Source: Thermoproteota archaeon (GTDB taxonomy: Archaea; Thermoproteota; Thermoprotei; Gearchaeales; Gearchaeaceae). Taken from it: a stretch of DNA of 64,000 nucleotides. The notes under the pieces are model-generated. The model searched no databases. It was not told the DNA's origin and saw only the letters and a list, made by a program, of their open reading frames with translations. The stretch is from NCBI GenBank assembly GCA_032249235.1, contig JAVVGF010000003.1, forward strand, positions 32,001 to 96,000, in the 5' to 3' direction. The translations under genes and the position numbers were made by a program. Positions 1 to 9,922 of this stretch are shown here, in pieces. How positions within the stretch are numbered: the stretch's first letter is position 1; each line of letters begins with the position of its first letter.

Positions 1-2
1 AT

Positions 3-689
3 CAAATCCTTAATATTTTAGGAACGAATCAGCAAATTCACTCAATGAATGGACCTTTCTCATTGGTTGTGAGTTTTCCTGGCAAAGGAATTTATAATTT
101 AAATATTGAAGTGGTTTCCATTGGCATGGCTTCAATGGGAGAATTAATTAAAGGTTTTTCAAAAGTAAGTCTTCCTTTATATATTGGCATTGAGCCGCCT
201 AATACAAAAGTATTCATCGCTGAAGTAGGACATGGTTCAAGAATCCTCCTTGAAATATATCCTTATAATTCTCAAAATCCTTCTTTAAATACTACAATAC
301 TTATTGCGCTATTCAACGGTACAGGAGAAGAAACTCATCTTGTTCACCATGTTACTTATTCAATTACCATTAAAGATTCTAGTGGAACAATAATTAGCAG
401 CGTCACAAATGTTCATTATGACACGGGAGTTTACAAAGCTTTGTTTACTTTTCCTAAATATGGTAATTACACTGTTGAAATACAAGTAGTATCAGTAGGA
501 CATCCTGATATAGGTGTAATAACGGGCTTTTCAAAAGCTACTTTTCTCGTAGATTTGTCATATAAGCCTGGCTCTAATAACCCGCAACAAGGAATTGATT
601 ACTTTTTGCTATCTCTTATAATAATCGTAGTAATAGCTATCGTTGCAGTTTTTCTAGTAATTTGGAGGCGTTCATTCAAAAAAGCATGA
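3..689 (+). CDS. Membrane-anchored surface protein with tandem Ig-like (YtkA/FixH-like) repeats; probably truncated at the 5' end by the window edge
   Basis: Frame is open from position 3. Internal repeat FPGKGIYNLNIEVVSIG..GFSK vs FPKYGNYTVEIQVVSVG..GFSK. C-terminal transmembrane helix followed by a basic tail (WRRSFKKA). Confidence 0.6.
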   Translation, partial: QILNILGTNQQIHSMNGPFSLVVSFPGKGIYNLNIEVVSIGMASMGELIKGFSKVSLPLYIGIEPPNTKVFIAEVGHGSRILLEIYPYNSQNPSLNTTILIALFNGTGEETHLVHHVTYSITIKDSSGTIISSVTNVHYDTGVYKALFTFPKYGNYTVEIQVVSVGHPDIGVITGFSKATFLVDLSYKPGSNNPQQGIDYFLLSLIIIVVIAIVAVFLVIWRRSFKKA

Positions 690-2156
690 GCCAAATCTTT
701 CTCTTAGTTCTAAACAAATCTCATCTAAACTCTGTTCTATAATATCTATTTTTTCTTTGATTTCTTTAACTTCATCGATTTTTCGCTTTATCTTTTCATA
801 AATCCACCTTAAGTTTCCTCCATTATGTTCATAATCTAAGAATTTACCTGCTTCAATGCAACAAAATAATTCTATTGAAATGATTTTCCTCAAACTTTTA
901 ATTGATCTCTTAAGTAAGCTAACAGCATTTCCTGACATGCTTACAAAGTCCTCTTGATCTGCACTTACTGGTATTGACATAACGCATGAAGGCGTAGCTA
1001 GCATTCTCAATTCATTGACGTAATATGCTGCAAGATATTGGCAAAGCATTAAGCCAGTTGTTCTATTATTAGAAAGGAAAGCAGGTAATCCCCTATTAAG
1101 ATTAGGATTTAAAAGCCGATTTATTCTTCTTTCTATCATACTAGCCCATGAAGCAATAGCTATTCTAAGCATATCTGCACAAAAAGCAAGCAGTTCAGCA
1201 TGAAAGTTGCCTGCATAAAGAATTCTTTTGTTTTCTAAATCAACAACAGGATTTCCAGAAAATGAATTCATTTCTCTTATCAAACAGTAATCAACGATAT
1301 CGATGACATGTCTTATTGCACCGTAAACTTGAGGTATGCAACGAATAGAATAAGCTTCTTGCAAGTTTTTTGAAGTGTTTATTAGTTTGCTTTCTTTTAG
1401 CAAATTAGATATGTACTCGCCTACAATGATTTGATCATGGTGTTTCTTTACGTTTAGCGCATTTGTTTCTAAATGTACTGTATTAGATCTCAATACTTCT
1501 GTAGCTAGCGCTGCAATTGCACATGAGAGATCGAAAAGCTTCATCAATTCAACATTGCAATAAGCTAGAGCTGCACATGTATATGCAGTTGAATTTATTA
1601 AAGCTATTGCATCTCCAACTTTAAGTTCTGGTTCGCCTATTATTTTGAATACTTCCTTTGAACTAACAACCTTATCTTTTAATTCTACCTTTCCTTCAAT
1701 TAATGATAAAACGAGATTAGCTAATGGAATCAGATCACCGCTTGCACCTAAACTTCCTTCATAATGAAATATAGGGTAAGCGCCTGTATTGAAAAAATTT
1801 ACTAAAAAATTGAAAGTTTCTAAAGAAATGGTACTTCTGCCTGTAGCGAGTTGATTGATAAGTATTAGCAAAGTTGCTCTTGCAATTTCTTTTTCTTCAA
1901 CTTCTCCTTTGCTTACTGCATGATCCTTGATTAGTTCTAATTCGTTTTCTTCTCTTTTTTCATGTAATAATGCTCCTACTTTAGTATTGACACCGTAAAT
2001 CAATTCACCTTTATTTAGTTTCTCTTCAACAATTTCTCTGCTATGTTTTATTTTGCGCAAAGCCTCTTCAGCTATTTCAATTTTTAAATTGTTCTTTATA
2101 CAGCGATGCAATTTCAAAGGAGTAAGATCACTACCAGTAACCTTTATGCTTTCCAT
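672..2156 (-). CDS. hutH: Aromatic amino acid ammonia-lyase, HAL/PAL (MIO) family; histidine ammonia-lyase-like but divergent
   Basis: GSLGASGDLIPLA (ASG MIO motif), YGVNT, YSIRCIPQV, GNFHA, QEDFVSM. Confidence 0.75.
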   Translation of the reverse strand: MESIKVTGSDLTPLKLHRCIKNNLKIEIAEEALRKIKHSREIVEEKLNKGELIYGVNTKVGALLHEKREENELELIKDHAVSKGEVEEKEIARATLLILINQLATGRSTISLETFNFLVNFFNTGAYPIFHYEGSLGASGDLIPLANLVLSLIEGKVELKDKVVSSKEVFKIIGEPELKVGDAIALINSTAYTCAALAYCNVELMKLFDLSCAIAALATEVLRSNTVHLETNALNVKKHHDQIIVGEYISNLLKESKLINTSKNLQEAYSIRCIPQVYGAIRHVIDIVDYCLIREMNSFSGNPVVDLENKRILYAGNFHAELLAFCADMLRIAIASWASMIERRINRLLNPNLNRGLPAFLSNNRTTGLMLCQYLAAYYVNELRMLATPSCVMSIPVSADQEDFVSMSGNAVSLLKRSIKSLRKIISIELFCCIEAGKFLDYEHNGGNLRWIYEKIKRKIDEVKEIKEKIDIIEQSLDEICLELRERFGSCFFE

Positions 2157-2194
2157 ATAAAAAAGAGAAATTAGAGCTTAATAACTTGAGAACT

Positions 2195-3553
2195 TTATCT
2201 TAAGAAGTACTTTTCTTGTTCTTTAATGTATTCCACGCTTTCTTTAGTACTTATGAACAATTTTTTAATGTATTCCACGTCTTCTCTTTCTACCCTGCTT
2301 CTTCCCATTTCTCTAGCTCTTATTAATGCAGGTGAAAGTAATTGAACCGCATATCTTAAGCTATACTCAACTCCTATTTTAGTAAGAGTTTCCAAAGCCT
2401 CTTCACTTAAATCAACTTTTTCTTCTCTTGCCCTTATCTTGATTATTTCTTTTATTTCTTGTTCATTATAAAATCTCGTCTTTATTATTATCAGCCTATC
2501 GAGCATATCTAGAGGTATTCCATGTGGAGATTCGATATCTGTTCCTCTTATTTTTGTGAATCCACGATTTGTTGCGAAGATCATAATTGGAGTTAGTTCG
2601 CTTTCCATTGCTCTAATCAAGAATGCCCATGTTTCGATATCTAACATATGTGCATCATCAATGAATATGACGCCTGGAATTAGTTCACCTTTTCCTTCAT
2701 TAACTGTTTTAGTTATGAATTCATCGACTGCTTTTCTGACCTCGATTGGTATTTCTTTTTCTTCACCAGCAGTTCCGAACATCAACATGCTTATTAAACC
2801 TTGTTGTCTTGCATTTATTACATCAAGATCATGACATGTAAAATATCTTGTAATTTCCTTATCCTTATATACAGGTCCGCTAGGAACTTCAAGTTTCTTC
2901 CTAACATATATATCATAAGTTTCGCCTCCTTCTTCTTCAGTTTTACCTTGAACAAATACACGTCCTGTTTCTTCATCAATCCATATTACATCGCCTACTT
3001 CAACGTTGCTTTCAGCTAATTGTTGAGCAATTTCCTGTGGAACACGTAAAGTCTTTTCTTCTTGTTTAGTTCTTAAAGTAATTGTAGCTGCTACAGGAAT
3101 TTGAGCATAAGGATTGTATGGATGCCTTCCGAATCTATAATCTATTTTTCTAACAACGCCTTCATATACCTTCCTAACTTCTTTTATTCTAACTCCTACT
3201 CCTCTTCTTAATGCTCTTGTTAAGAATTCAGTTTTCTTAATCTCTAAGCTGAATATCTCTGCCGCAGATAAATGAACAAATGGTGTATCGTAACCTAATT
3301 CTCTAGCTATACCTATTGCTAGAGCTGTTTTACCTGTGCCAGAAGGACCAACAAATAAAACTCCCTTTCCTCCAAATCTTCCTTCTTTTATAAGCCTTGT
3401 TACATAATATGCTGCCTCTCTTGCTTCTACTTGTCCAACAAATCCATCTGCTGCAAACTGAACTTTACCATCTCTAACTCCTAAACCTTTAATGTGACTA
3501 TGCAATGAAACTCTCTCGAATCTAGGCTTAACCTCTTCAATTTTAAAACTCAT
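2195..3553 (-). CDS. tip49: TIP49/RuvB-like AAA+ helicase
   Basis: HSHIKGLG, GFVGQ..AREA, Walker A GPSGTGKT, FIDDAHMLD, SPHGIPLDMLDR. Confidence 0.95.
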   Translation of the reverse strand: MSFKIEEVKPRFERVSLHSHIKGLGVRDGKVQFAADGFVGQVEAREAAYYVTRLIKEGRFGGKGVLFVGPSGTGKTALAIGIARELGYDTPFVHLSAAEIFSLEIKKTEFLTRALRRGVGVRIKEVRKVYEGVVRKIDYRFGRHPYNPYAQIPVAATITLRTKQEEKTLRVPQEIAQQLAESNVEVGDVIWIDEETGRVFVQGKTEEEGGETYDIYVRKKLEVPSGPVYKDKEITRYFTCHDLDVINARQQGLISMLMFGTAGEEKEIPIEVRKAVDEFITKTVNEGKGELIPGVIFIDDAHMLDIETWAFLIRAMESELTPIMIFATNRGFTKIRGTDIESPHGIPLDMLDRLIIIKTRFYNEQEIKEIIKIRAREEKVDLSEEALETLTKIGVEYSLRYAVQLLSPALIRAREMGRSRVEREDVEYIKKLFISTKESVEYIKEQEKYFLR

Positions 3554-3636
3554 AAATTATTTAATTGATTGAGTAGATTATAAAAATTTTATCGATATCT
3601 ACATCCTTTTATATTAATTCCTAGATTCGAATAATT

Positions 3637-4722
3637 GTGGAAAAATCTGCGACAATTGATTTACCACTTCATGATGGTCATGCTCCTAAATGGTTAGTTG
3701 AGATGATGAAAGATTTAGCATATGAAATAAGCTACATTATAATTAATGAATACGGAACCGAGGAATTCTTGCTTAGAATTTCAGATCCTTTGTGGTTTCA
3801 GTCACTAGGTTGTGTTTTAGGCTATGATTGGCATTCATCAGGTGTTACAACAGTTGTTACAGGTGTTTTGAAAACTGTTTTGAATAATGAAGATTTGGGA
3901 ATAATCGTTGCAGGAGGCAAAGGGGCAGTTTCGAAAAAAGCTCCAGATGAAATATTAGAATATTCCAAGAAGATAAATCTCGATAATCCTGAAAGATATG
4001 TTAAAATAAGTAAAATTGTAGCAAAGGTAGATAATACTTTGATTCAATCAGGCCATAATCTTTATCATCATACAATTTTCATCGATGAAAAAGGTAATTG
4101 GGCTGTAATACAACAAGGTATGAATGTAGAAGAATTGAAGGCAAGAAGATATCATTGGTTATCGAAGGATTTGAAAAGTTTTGTTAACGAACCCCATAAA
4201 GCAATCATAGGAGAACCTGTAAAGCAAAAGGTTTTGAATATGGTTGCTAAAGAAAGTGAAGAGTGCAGGAAAGTTTGTTTAGATATCGTCAATGAAAATC
4301 CTATTAAGCTAAAAAGGATGATTAAAGAAAGCATGCGCGGGCCTTTAGACAGATGGATTTTAGGCGAAGAAATAAAGCATTACGAAATGCCTTGGGATAT
4401 AAATTGGAAGATGATGGAGAAATTATATGAATTTAAGCCAAAGAAATTTGAAGAATTGATCGAATTACAAGGTGTGGGGCCTAGGACGATAAGAGCACTT
4501 GCTCTTGTATCTGAAATAATTTTTGGTACTCCTGCAAGTTGGAGAGATCCTGTAAAATTTAGCTTTGCACATGGAGGAAAAGATGGAGTTCCTTATCCTG
4601 TTGATAAAAAAGTTTATAGGCAAACTATTGAAATATTCAAAGATGCAATTATTAGATCTAAATTGAATAAAGATTCAAAGATGCTAGCTTTAAAAAGATT
4701 ATCTAAAATTGATATATTTTAG
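3637..4722 (+). CDS. DUF763 family protein
   Basis: LPLHDGHAPKWL, DPLWFQSLGCVLGYDWHSSG, FSFAHGGKDGVPYPVD. Confidence 0.9.
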   Translation: MEKSATIDLPLHDGHAPKWLVEMMKDLAYEISYIIINEYGTEEFLLRISDPLWFQSLGCVLGYDWHSSGVTTVVTGVLKTVLNNEDLGIIVAGGKGAVSKKAPDEILEYSKKINLDNPERYVKISKIVAKVDNTLIQSGHNLYHHTIFIDEKGNWAVIQQGMNVEELKARRYHWLSKDLKSFVNEPHKAIIGEPVKQKVLNMVAKESEECRKVCLDIVNENPIKLKRMIKESMRGPLDRWILGEEIKHYEMPWDINWKMMEKLYEFKPKKFEELIELQGVGPRTIRALALVSEIIFGTPASWRDPVKFSFAHGGKDGVPYPVDKKVYRQTIEIFKDAIIRSKLNKDSKMLALKRLSKIDIF

Positions 4723-4786
4723 TTATATAGATAGCCTAATAAATTAATATGATTGCAAATATATATTAAGTATTTTAAATATACAT

Positions 4787-5995
4787 ATGTTTCCCTATAC
4801 CAGTTCATTGGATTTCAAAATAGAAATACCTGAAGAGGTTGAAGCATTCAGAAATACAATAAAAGAATTTGCAGAAAAGTATCTCGCTCCGATCGTTAAC
4901 AAAGTTGAAGAAACAAATGAGATAGATGAGGAAGTATTTCGAAAAGCAGTTGAATTGGGTTTAACTGGAGTAGCTATTCCTGAAGAATATGGAGGGCAAG
5001 GAGGAGGTTCATTAATGATAGCAGTAATGATCGAAGAAATTTCAAAATATTTGCCTGCCTTTGCAACTGCTATTGCTGTCAATCATTTATTCGCTTATCC
5101 TATACTTGCTTTTGGAAGTGAACAACAAAAAAGAAAATATATACCTAAAATAGCTAAAGGAGAAGCTTTTGCTGCTCATGCTAATACAGAACCTGGAGCA
5201 GGTAGCGATGTTGCTGGAATACAAACAACAGCAAGAAAAGAAGGAGATAAATGGATAATAAATGGAAGGAAAATGTTCATAACAGGCGCAAATAGAGCAG
5301 ATTATCTAGTTGTTTCAGCTAGAACCAGTCCGCCTCCTTCTAGAAAAGAAAGATGGAAAGGAATATCCTTATTTATAGTTGAGAAAGGAATGCCAGGATT
5401 GAAAATATCATCAAGAATAAACACGATGGGTCTTAGAGGAGAACAACCATATGAAGTAATATTAGATAATGTAGAAGTACCTGCAGAGAACATTGTAGGT
5501 GAAGAGGGTAATGCTTTCAAGGCTATAGTTTCTACATATGATCATGGAAGAATAGGAATTGCTGCACAAGCCGTTGGAATCATTCAAGGTCTTTTAGAAA
5601 GATCGCTAGATTATTCTGCAATGAGAAATGCTTTTGAAAGGCCAATTTTAAGCTTTGAAGCGGTAGCTTTTAAAATTGCAGACATATTAATAAGTTTAGA
5701 AGCTGCCAGGCTGTTGACATATTGGGCTGCAACTTTAATGGATAAAGGTAGCAAAGATGCTATATTAGCTGCTTCAATTGCAAAGACATTCGCTACAGAA
5801 GCTGCAGAAAAGGCTTCAATTTATGCAATAAAAATACATGGCGGTTATGGTGTTGTAAGAGAAACTGGAATAGAACGTTTTCTAAGAGATACGATAATTA
5901 CAGAAATATATGAAGGTACTAATGATATTCAAAGATTAACAATTATAAGAAGTCTAGTTAAGAAGAGATTCGGTATTAGTCCTGATCTTACATGA
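4787..5995 (+). CDS. Acyl-CoA dehydrogenase
   Basis: IPEEYGGQG, TEPGAGSDV, NGRKMFIT, IHGGYG, IYEGTNDIQR. Confidence 0.95.
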   Translation: MFPYTSSLDFKIEIPEEVEAFRNTIKEFAEKYLAPIVNKVEETNEIDEEVFRKAVELGLTGVAIPEEYGGQGGGSLMIAVMIEEISKYLPAFATAIAVNHLFAYPILAFGSEQQKRKYIPKIAKGEAFAAHANTEPGAGSDVAGIQTTARKEGDKWIINGRKMFITGANRADYLVVSARTSPPPSRKERWKGISLFIVEKGMPGLKISSRINTMGLRGEQPYEVILDNVEVPAENIVGEEGNAFKAIVSTYDHGRIGIAAQAVGIIQGLLERSLDYSAMRNAFERPILSFEAVAFKIADILISLEAARLLTYWAATLMDKGSKDAILAASIAKTFATEAAEKASIYAIKIHGGYGVVRETGIERFLRDTIITEIYEGTNDIQRLTIIRSLVKKRFGISPDLT

Positions 5996-6684
5996 ATAAA
6001 ATATGGCTTATAATTTTAATTCCTATTTTTTCTTTATTAATAGTTAGTTTAATATACAATTTAGATCTGCTCTCTTCATCTACTACAAATATAACTATAA
6101 TACCTAAAAACACCACTACAAGTAATGTTCCAACAAATACCTCGCCTATTACGTTTTCGAATATAACTTTCACAAATACATCAACTAAACAACCTAATAA
6201 ATCAATTTTTAATATAAAAATAAATTTTGGGATATTGAGCGACTTATTGTATATTGCGATAATTAGTCTTGCATTTTTTGCATTATTTGTTTTATTCTAT
6301 TCCTCTTCAGGAAAACCTACTTTTAGATTTAAGATGACCAAGACTTATGAAGAACCTTCCATTGAATCTTTTAAGAAAATATTTCAAGAAGAATTAATTA
6401 AATTTGAATCGAGCTATAAGACTTATTCAAATCCTATTTTGGAGCTTTATAAAAGAATATGCGAGTTTCTTGAAAAAAGAGGCGTTGAAAATGCACCGCA
6501 TCTTACTGCAAGGGAATTTGCTGAAGAAGTTACCAAAATATTAGGCTTTGAATCAAGAAACTTTTATGAACTGACTAAGCTTTTTGAAGAAGCTAGATAT
6601 AGCTCACATAAAATAAGTGAGGAAGAAGTCGAATTTGCAAGAAAACTCATTAAAGAAATTATTAATGAAATAGAAAGTAGATGA
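5992..6684 (+). CDS. Membrane protein with C-terminal DUF4129 domain
   Basis: Two transmembrane helices around a Thr/Asn-rich linker. TAREF..LTKLFEEARYS motif. Confidence 0.8.
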   Translation: MNKIWLIILIPIFSLLIVSLIYNLDLLSSSTTNITIIPKNTTTSNVPTNTSPITFSNITFTNTSTKQPNKSIFNIKINFGILSDLLYIAIISLAFFALFVLFYSSSGKPTFRFKMTKTYEEPSIESFKKIFQEELIKFESSYKTYSNPILELYKRICEFLEKRGVENAPHLTAREFAEEVTKILGFESRNFYELTKLFEEARYSSHKISEEEVEFARKLIKEIINEIESR

Positions 6685-7142
6685 GAGCAAATATTTTATT
6701 GATTCTTTTAATATCAATATCTATTCCTTTATTTTTATCTATTATTTTATATCCTAATTTAATCTATTATTATGTAATTTTTCCTTTAATTTTTATACCT
6801 TTTTCTTTAATATCTTATGAAATAATAAATAAAACAAAATTCAAAGAAATCTATCTAAAACGCTATGTTAAATACAGTTACGAGAATCCATATAAAAGGA
6901 AAAGAGAATTGATAGAAAATGCGTTGAAAGGTTCAAACATTGCGAGAATAACAGTAGGAGAAATCATAAAAGAAGCTCTTGAAAGAAAATATGGATCAAG
7001 GTTATATTTAGATAATGCGAAAAAATTCATCAACGATGAAGACGTCATCGCTGTCATTTTCTATCAAGAATATGAAAACTATTTTAAAGACCTTGATAAA
7101 TATAGAAATGCACTTAGTAAAGCAGTTGAGTTAGCATGGTAA
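6681..7142 (+). CDS. Hypothetical membrane protein in the MoxR operon
   Basis: N-terminal transmembrane helices. Overlaps both neighbouring genes. Confidence 0.65.
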   Translation: MRANILLILLISISIPLFLSIILYPNLIYYYVIFPLIFIPFSLISYEIINKTKFKEIYLKRYVKYSYENPYKRKRELIENALKGSNIARITVGEIIKEALERKYGSRLYLDNAKKFINDEDVIAVIFYQEYENYFKDLDKYRNALSKAVELAW

Positions 7143-8074
7143 ATAACGAAAAGGTAATGCAGGTAATTGAAGAGGTATCGAAAGCAATCGTAGGAAAAAG
7201 AGAAGTACTTGAATTAGTAATGTTAGCAATATTATGCGATTCGCATGTTCTAATAGAGGATTATCCCGGCCTGGCTAAAACGTTGATGGCTAAGTCTTTT
7301 GCTAAAGCTTTAGGTCTTGAATTTAAGAGGATACAATTCACTTCAGATCTGTTACCTTCGGATATAACAGGTTCTTATGTCCTAAATAGAGAGACTTCAA
7401 AATTTGAATTTAGGAAAGGACCAATATTTACAAATATTCTTTTAGCTGATGAGATAAACAGAGCACCGCCAAGAACGCAATCTGCATTGCTTGAAGCAAT
7501 GCAAGAAAGACAGGTTTCTGTTGAAGGTAATACTTTCATTCTTGATAGACCATTTATTGTATTGGCTACACAAAATCCTATAGAATATGAAGGTACATAT
7601 CCGTTACCTGAAGCACAACTTGATAGATTTATAATGAAAATAAACATAGGATATCCTCGATTTGAAGAAGAAGTAGAGATATTAAATCGTAGAATAAAAA
7701 GAATGAAGGATGAGGTAGATATAGAGACTGTCCTCAATCCAAAGGAGGTTCTAAATCTTCAAAATGAAGTTGAAAAAATCTATATTGAAGATGACTTAAA
7801 AAATTATATTGTTAAAATAGTTAGTGCAACAAGAAATGCTCCAGAAGTAGAAGTAGGCGCAAGTGTTCGTGGATCTTTAGCAATTCTAAAGCTTGCAAGA
7901 GCTAGAGCATTTTTAGAAGGTAGAGATTTCGTGATACCTGATGATATAAAAAGGGTAGCTATTCCAGCTCTTCGCCATAGACTAATATTGAGAACAGAAT
8001 ATTGGCTACGCGGTGTTAAGCCAGATTCCATCATTGAAAGAATTCTAAATCAAATTCCAGTCCCTAAGGTTTAA
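7136..8074 (+). CDS. moxR: MoxR family AAA+ ATPase
   Basis: EDYPGLAKT, RIQFTSDLLPSD, DEINRAPPRTQSALLEAM, ATQNPIEYEGTYPLPEAQLDRF. Confidence 0.95.
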   Translation: MVNNEKVMQVIEEVSKAIVGKREVLELVMLAILCDSHVLIEDYPGLAKTLMAKSFAKALGLEFKRIQFTSDLLPSDITGSYVLNRETSKFEFRKGPIFTNILLADEINRAPPRTQSALLEAMQERQVSVEGNTFILDRPFIVLATQNPIEYEGTYPLPEAQLDRFIMKINIGYPRFEEEVEILNRRIKRMKDEVDIETVLNPKEVLNLQNEVEKIYIEDDLKNYIVKIVSATRNAPEVEVGASVRGSLAILKLARARAFLEGRDFVIPDDIKRVAIPALRHRLILRTEYWLRGVKPDSIIERILNQIPVPKV

Positions 8075-9342
8075 TGCCATCTTTAAAATTAATGGTATTG
8101 GCTCTTTCTACATCTTTCATTGTTCTCATCGGATCCTTTATTAGGAATCCAATCTTGTTGATTTCATCTATTCCGGTCTTTACTTATTTTCTAATTTCTA
8201 TAATAACTTATAAGGAATTAAAAATCAATTTAGAAATTAAAAGGAATTTATCAAAAGAAATTGTTAGAGAAGATGAAGAATTAGAAGTTAAAATAACTGT
8301 AATCAATAAAGGGGAAAAGATAGATTTTCTTTTAGTAACAGATTCGGTACAAGAAGGAGTAAAGATAGTAAAAGGCTCGAATTCAATGCTCTTATCAATT
8401 GATAAAAATGAAACGAAAGAGTTTAGCTATTTTGTTAAAGTTGGAGAAATAGGAAAGTATAAGCTTGGACCTATAGGAATTATTGCTTCAAACATTGAAG
8501 GAACTTATGTCTTTAAAAAGGTCATTGAAGATTATACCAATTTCAAAGTTTCACCCAAAATATCTTTGTTTGGCGAAATCATACTTAGACCTCGATATAA
8601 TAAACCATGGCCAGGAGATTCTCCATCAAGATCGATAGGAATAGGTAATGAATTTTATGCTGTTACTGAATCATTCGGCGGTGAAGGTTTAAGGAGAATA
8701 AATTGGAAGGCTACCGCTAAAACTAATAAATTAATGAAAAATGTTTATCATGCTGAATTGAGCTCAGACGTTTTAATCATTCTTGACTATAGAGCTGTTA
8801 ACGATATAAAATTCAAAGATAAATCTCTACTTTTACATTCAGCTCGTGCTTCACTATTATTAGCGTATAGATTGCTCAGAGATAAACATCGCGTAGGACT
8901 GTTAGTTTTAGGTGAGGAAATTCATAGGCTAAAGCCTTCATTTGGCAGGAAACAATTTGATAGAATAATTTTTTCTGTTCTAGAATCTGAACCTGGAAAG
9001 CTAAGCGATCTTAGGTTACTTAAGGATCTTGTTTCCTTGGTTTTTCCTATAACAACTCAAATAATTTTGATATCTCCAATTCTAGATTACGAGATAACTT
9101 TGGCTATAGCTGAGTTAGCTAAGAAAGGATATGATATAATTAGCATAGTGCCAAATCCATTTGAAAGAAAGCCTTTAAGTGAAATGGACATTGTTGATAG
9201 AATAATAAGAATCGAAAGGGAAAATTATCTCGCTATGCTCAAAAGATTTTCTAAAGTTCTTGAATGGGATGTTGATAAGCCGTTAGATATAGAATTGAAA
9301 AAGGTATCTGAAGCATGGTTGAGATCAGCTATTCATCGTTAG
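8074..9342 (+). CDS. DUF58 (vWA-like) protein
   Basis: LRRINWKATAK, N-terminal transmembrane helices, directly after moxR. Confidence 0.88.
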   Translation: MPSLKLMVLALSTSFIVLIGSFIRNPILLISSIPVFTYFLISIITYKELKINLEIKRNLSKEIVREDEELEVKITVINKGEKIDFLLVTDSVQEGVKIVKGSNSMLLSIDKNETKEFSYFVKVGEIGKYKLGPIGIIASNIEGTYVFKKVIEDYTNFKVSPKISLFGEIILRPRYNKPWPGDSPSRSIGIGNEFYAVTESFGGEGLRRINWKATAKTNKLMKNVYHAELSSDVLIILDYRAVNDIKFKDKSLLLHSARASLLLAYRLLRDKHRVGLLVLGEEIHRLKPSFGRKQFDRIIFSVLESEPGKLSDLRLLKDLVSLVFPITTQIILISPILDYEITLAIAELAKKGYDIISIVPNPFERKPLSEMDIVDRIIRIERENYLAMLKRFSKVLEWDVDKPLDIELKKVSEAWLRSAIHR

Positions 9343-9872
9343 CTAAGTACACTATTTATTATCTTTATTTTTCAGAGATTCTTATTCTATTATATTTTTT
9401 ATTGAATATTAATCAACTTTCAGGCATTTTAATTATAATATTAGTTTTGACATTATCTACATTTTTATCTTATCTAATCTTAAATTATAATTTCTTAATA
9501 AAACTTTCAAATTATATTGCTATCATCGGCATATTCGTTTCTATTATATTTTTATCATCTGATATTAGTCTATTATATTTATTTATTTTACTTCTAATTT
9601 TTTACTCTGAATTTTTCTCATTTATTTCTAACTTAAATGGTATCTTTAGAAATTTTAATAAATTATCTCCTAATTTAATGAGCGAATTAAGGAGAAACTT
9701 AGTAAATAAACTTAAATTTGAATTCTTTATCTTTATTTTATCATTTTCTTTTTCTAATGTAGCAATAATATTTATTAAACCTTTATTCTTAATAAATCCT
9801 CTATTTAGCGCTTATTTATTTTTATTTATAGCTTTGTTGGTTATTTTTATTTTGTATAAATATCTTTTATGA
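9315..9872 (+). CDS. Hypothetical integral membrane protein
   Basis: Highly hydrophobic; last gene of the MoxR operon. Confidence 0.6.
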   Translation: MVEISYSSLAKYTIYYLYFSEILILLYFLLNINQLSGILIIILVLTLSTFLSYLILNYNFLIKLSNYIAIIGIFVSIIFLSSDISLLYLFILLLIFYSEFFSFISNLNGIFRNFNKLSPNLMSELRRNLVNKLKFEFFIFILSFSFSNVAIIFIKPLFLINPLFSAYLFLFIALLVIFILYKYLL

Positions 9873-9922
9873 TTCACAATTAAAGATAAACTATAGTTTA
9901 AAAAATCAAATGATAATTTTCA

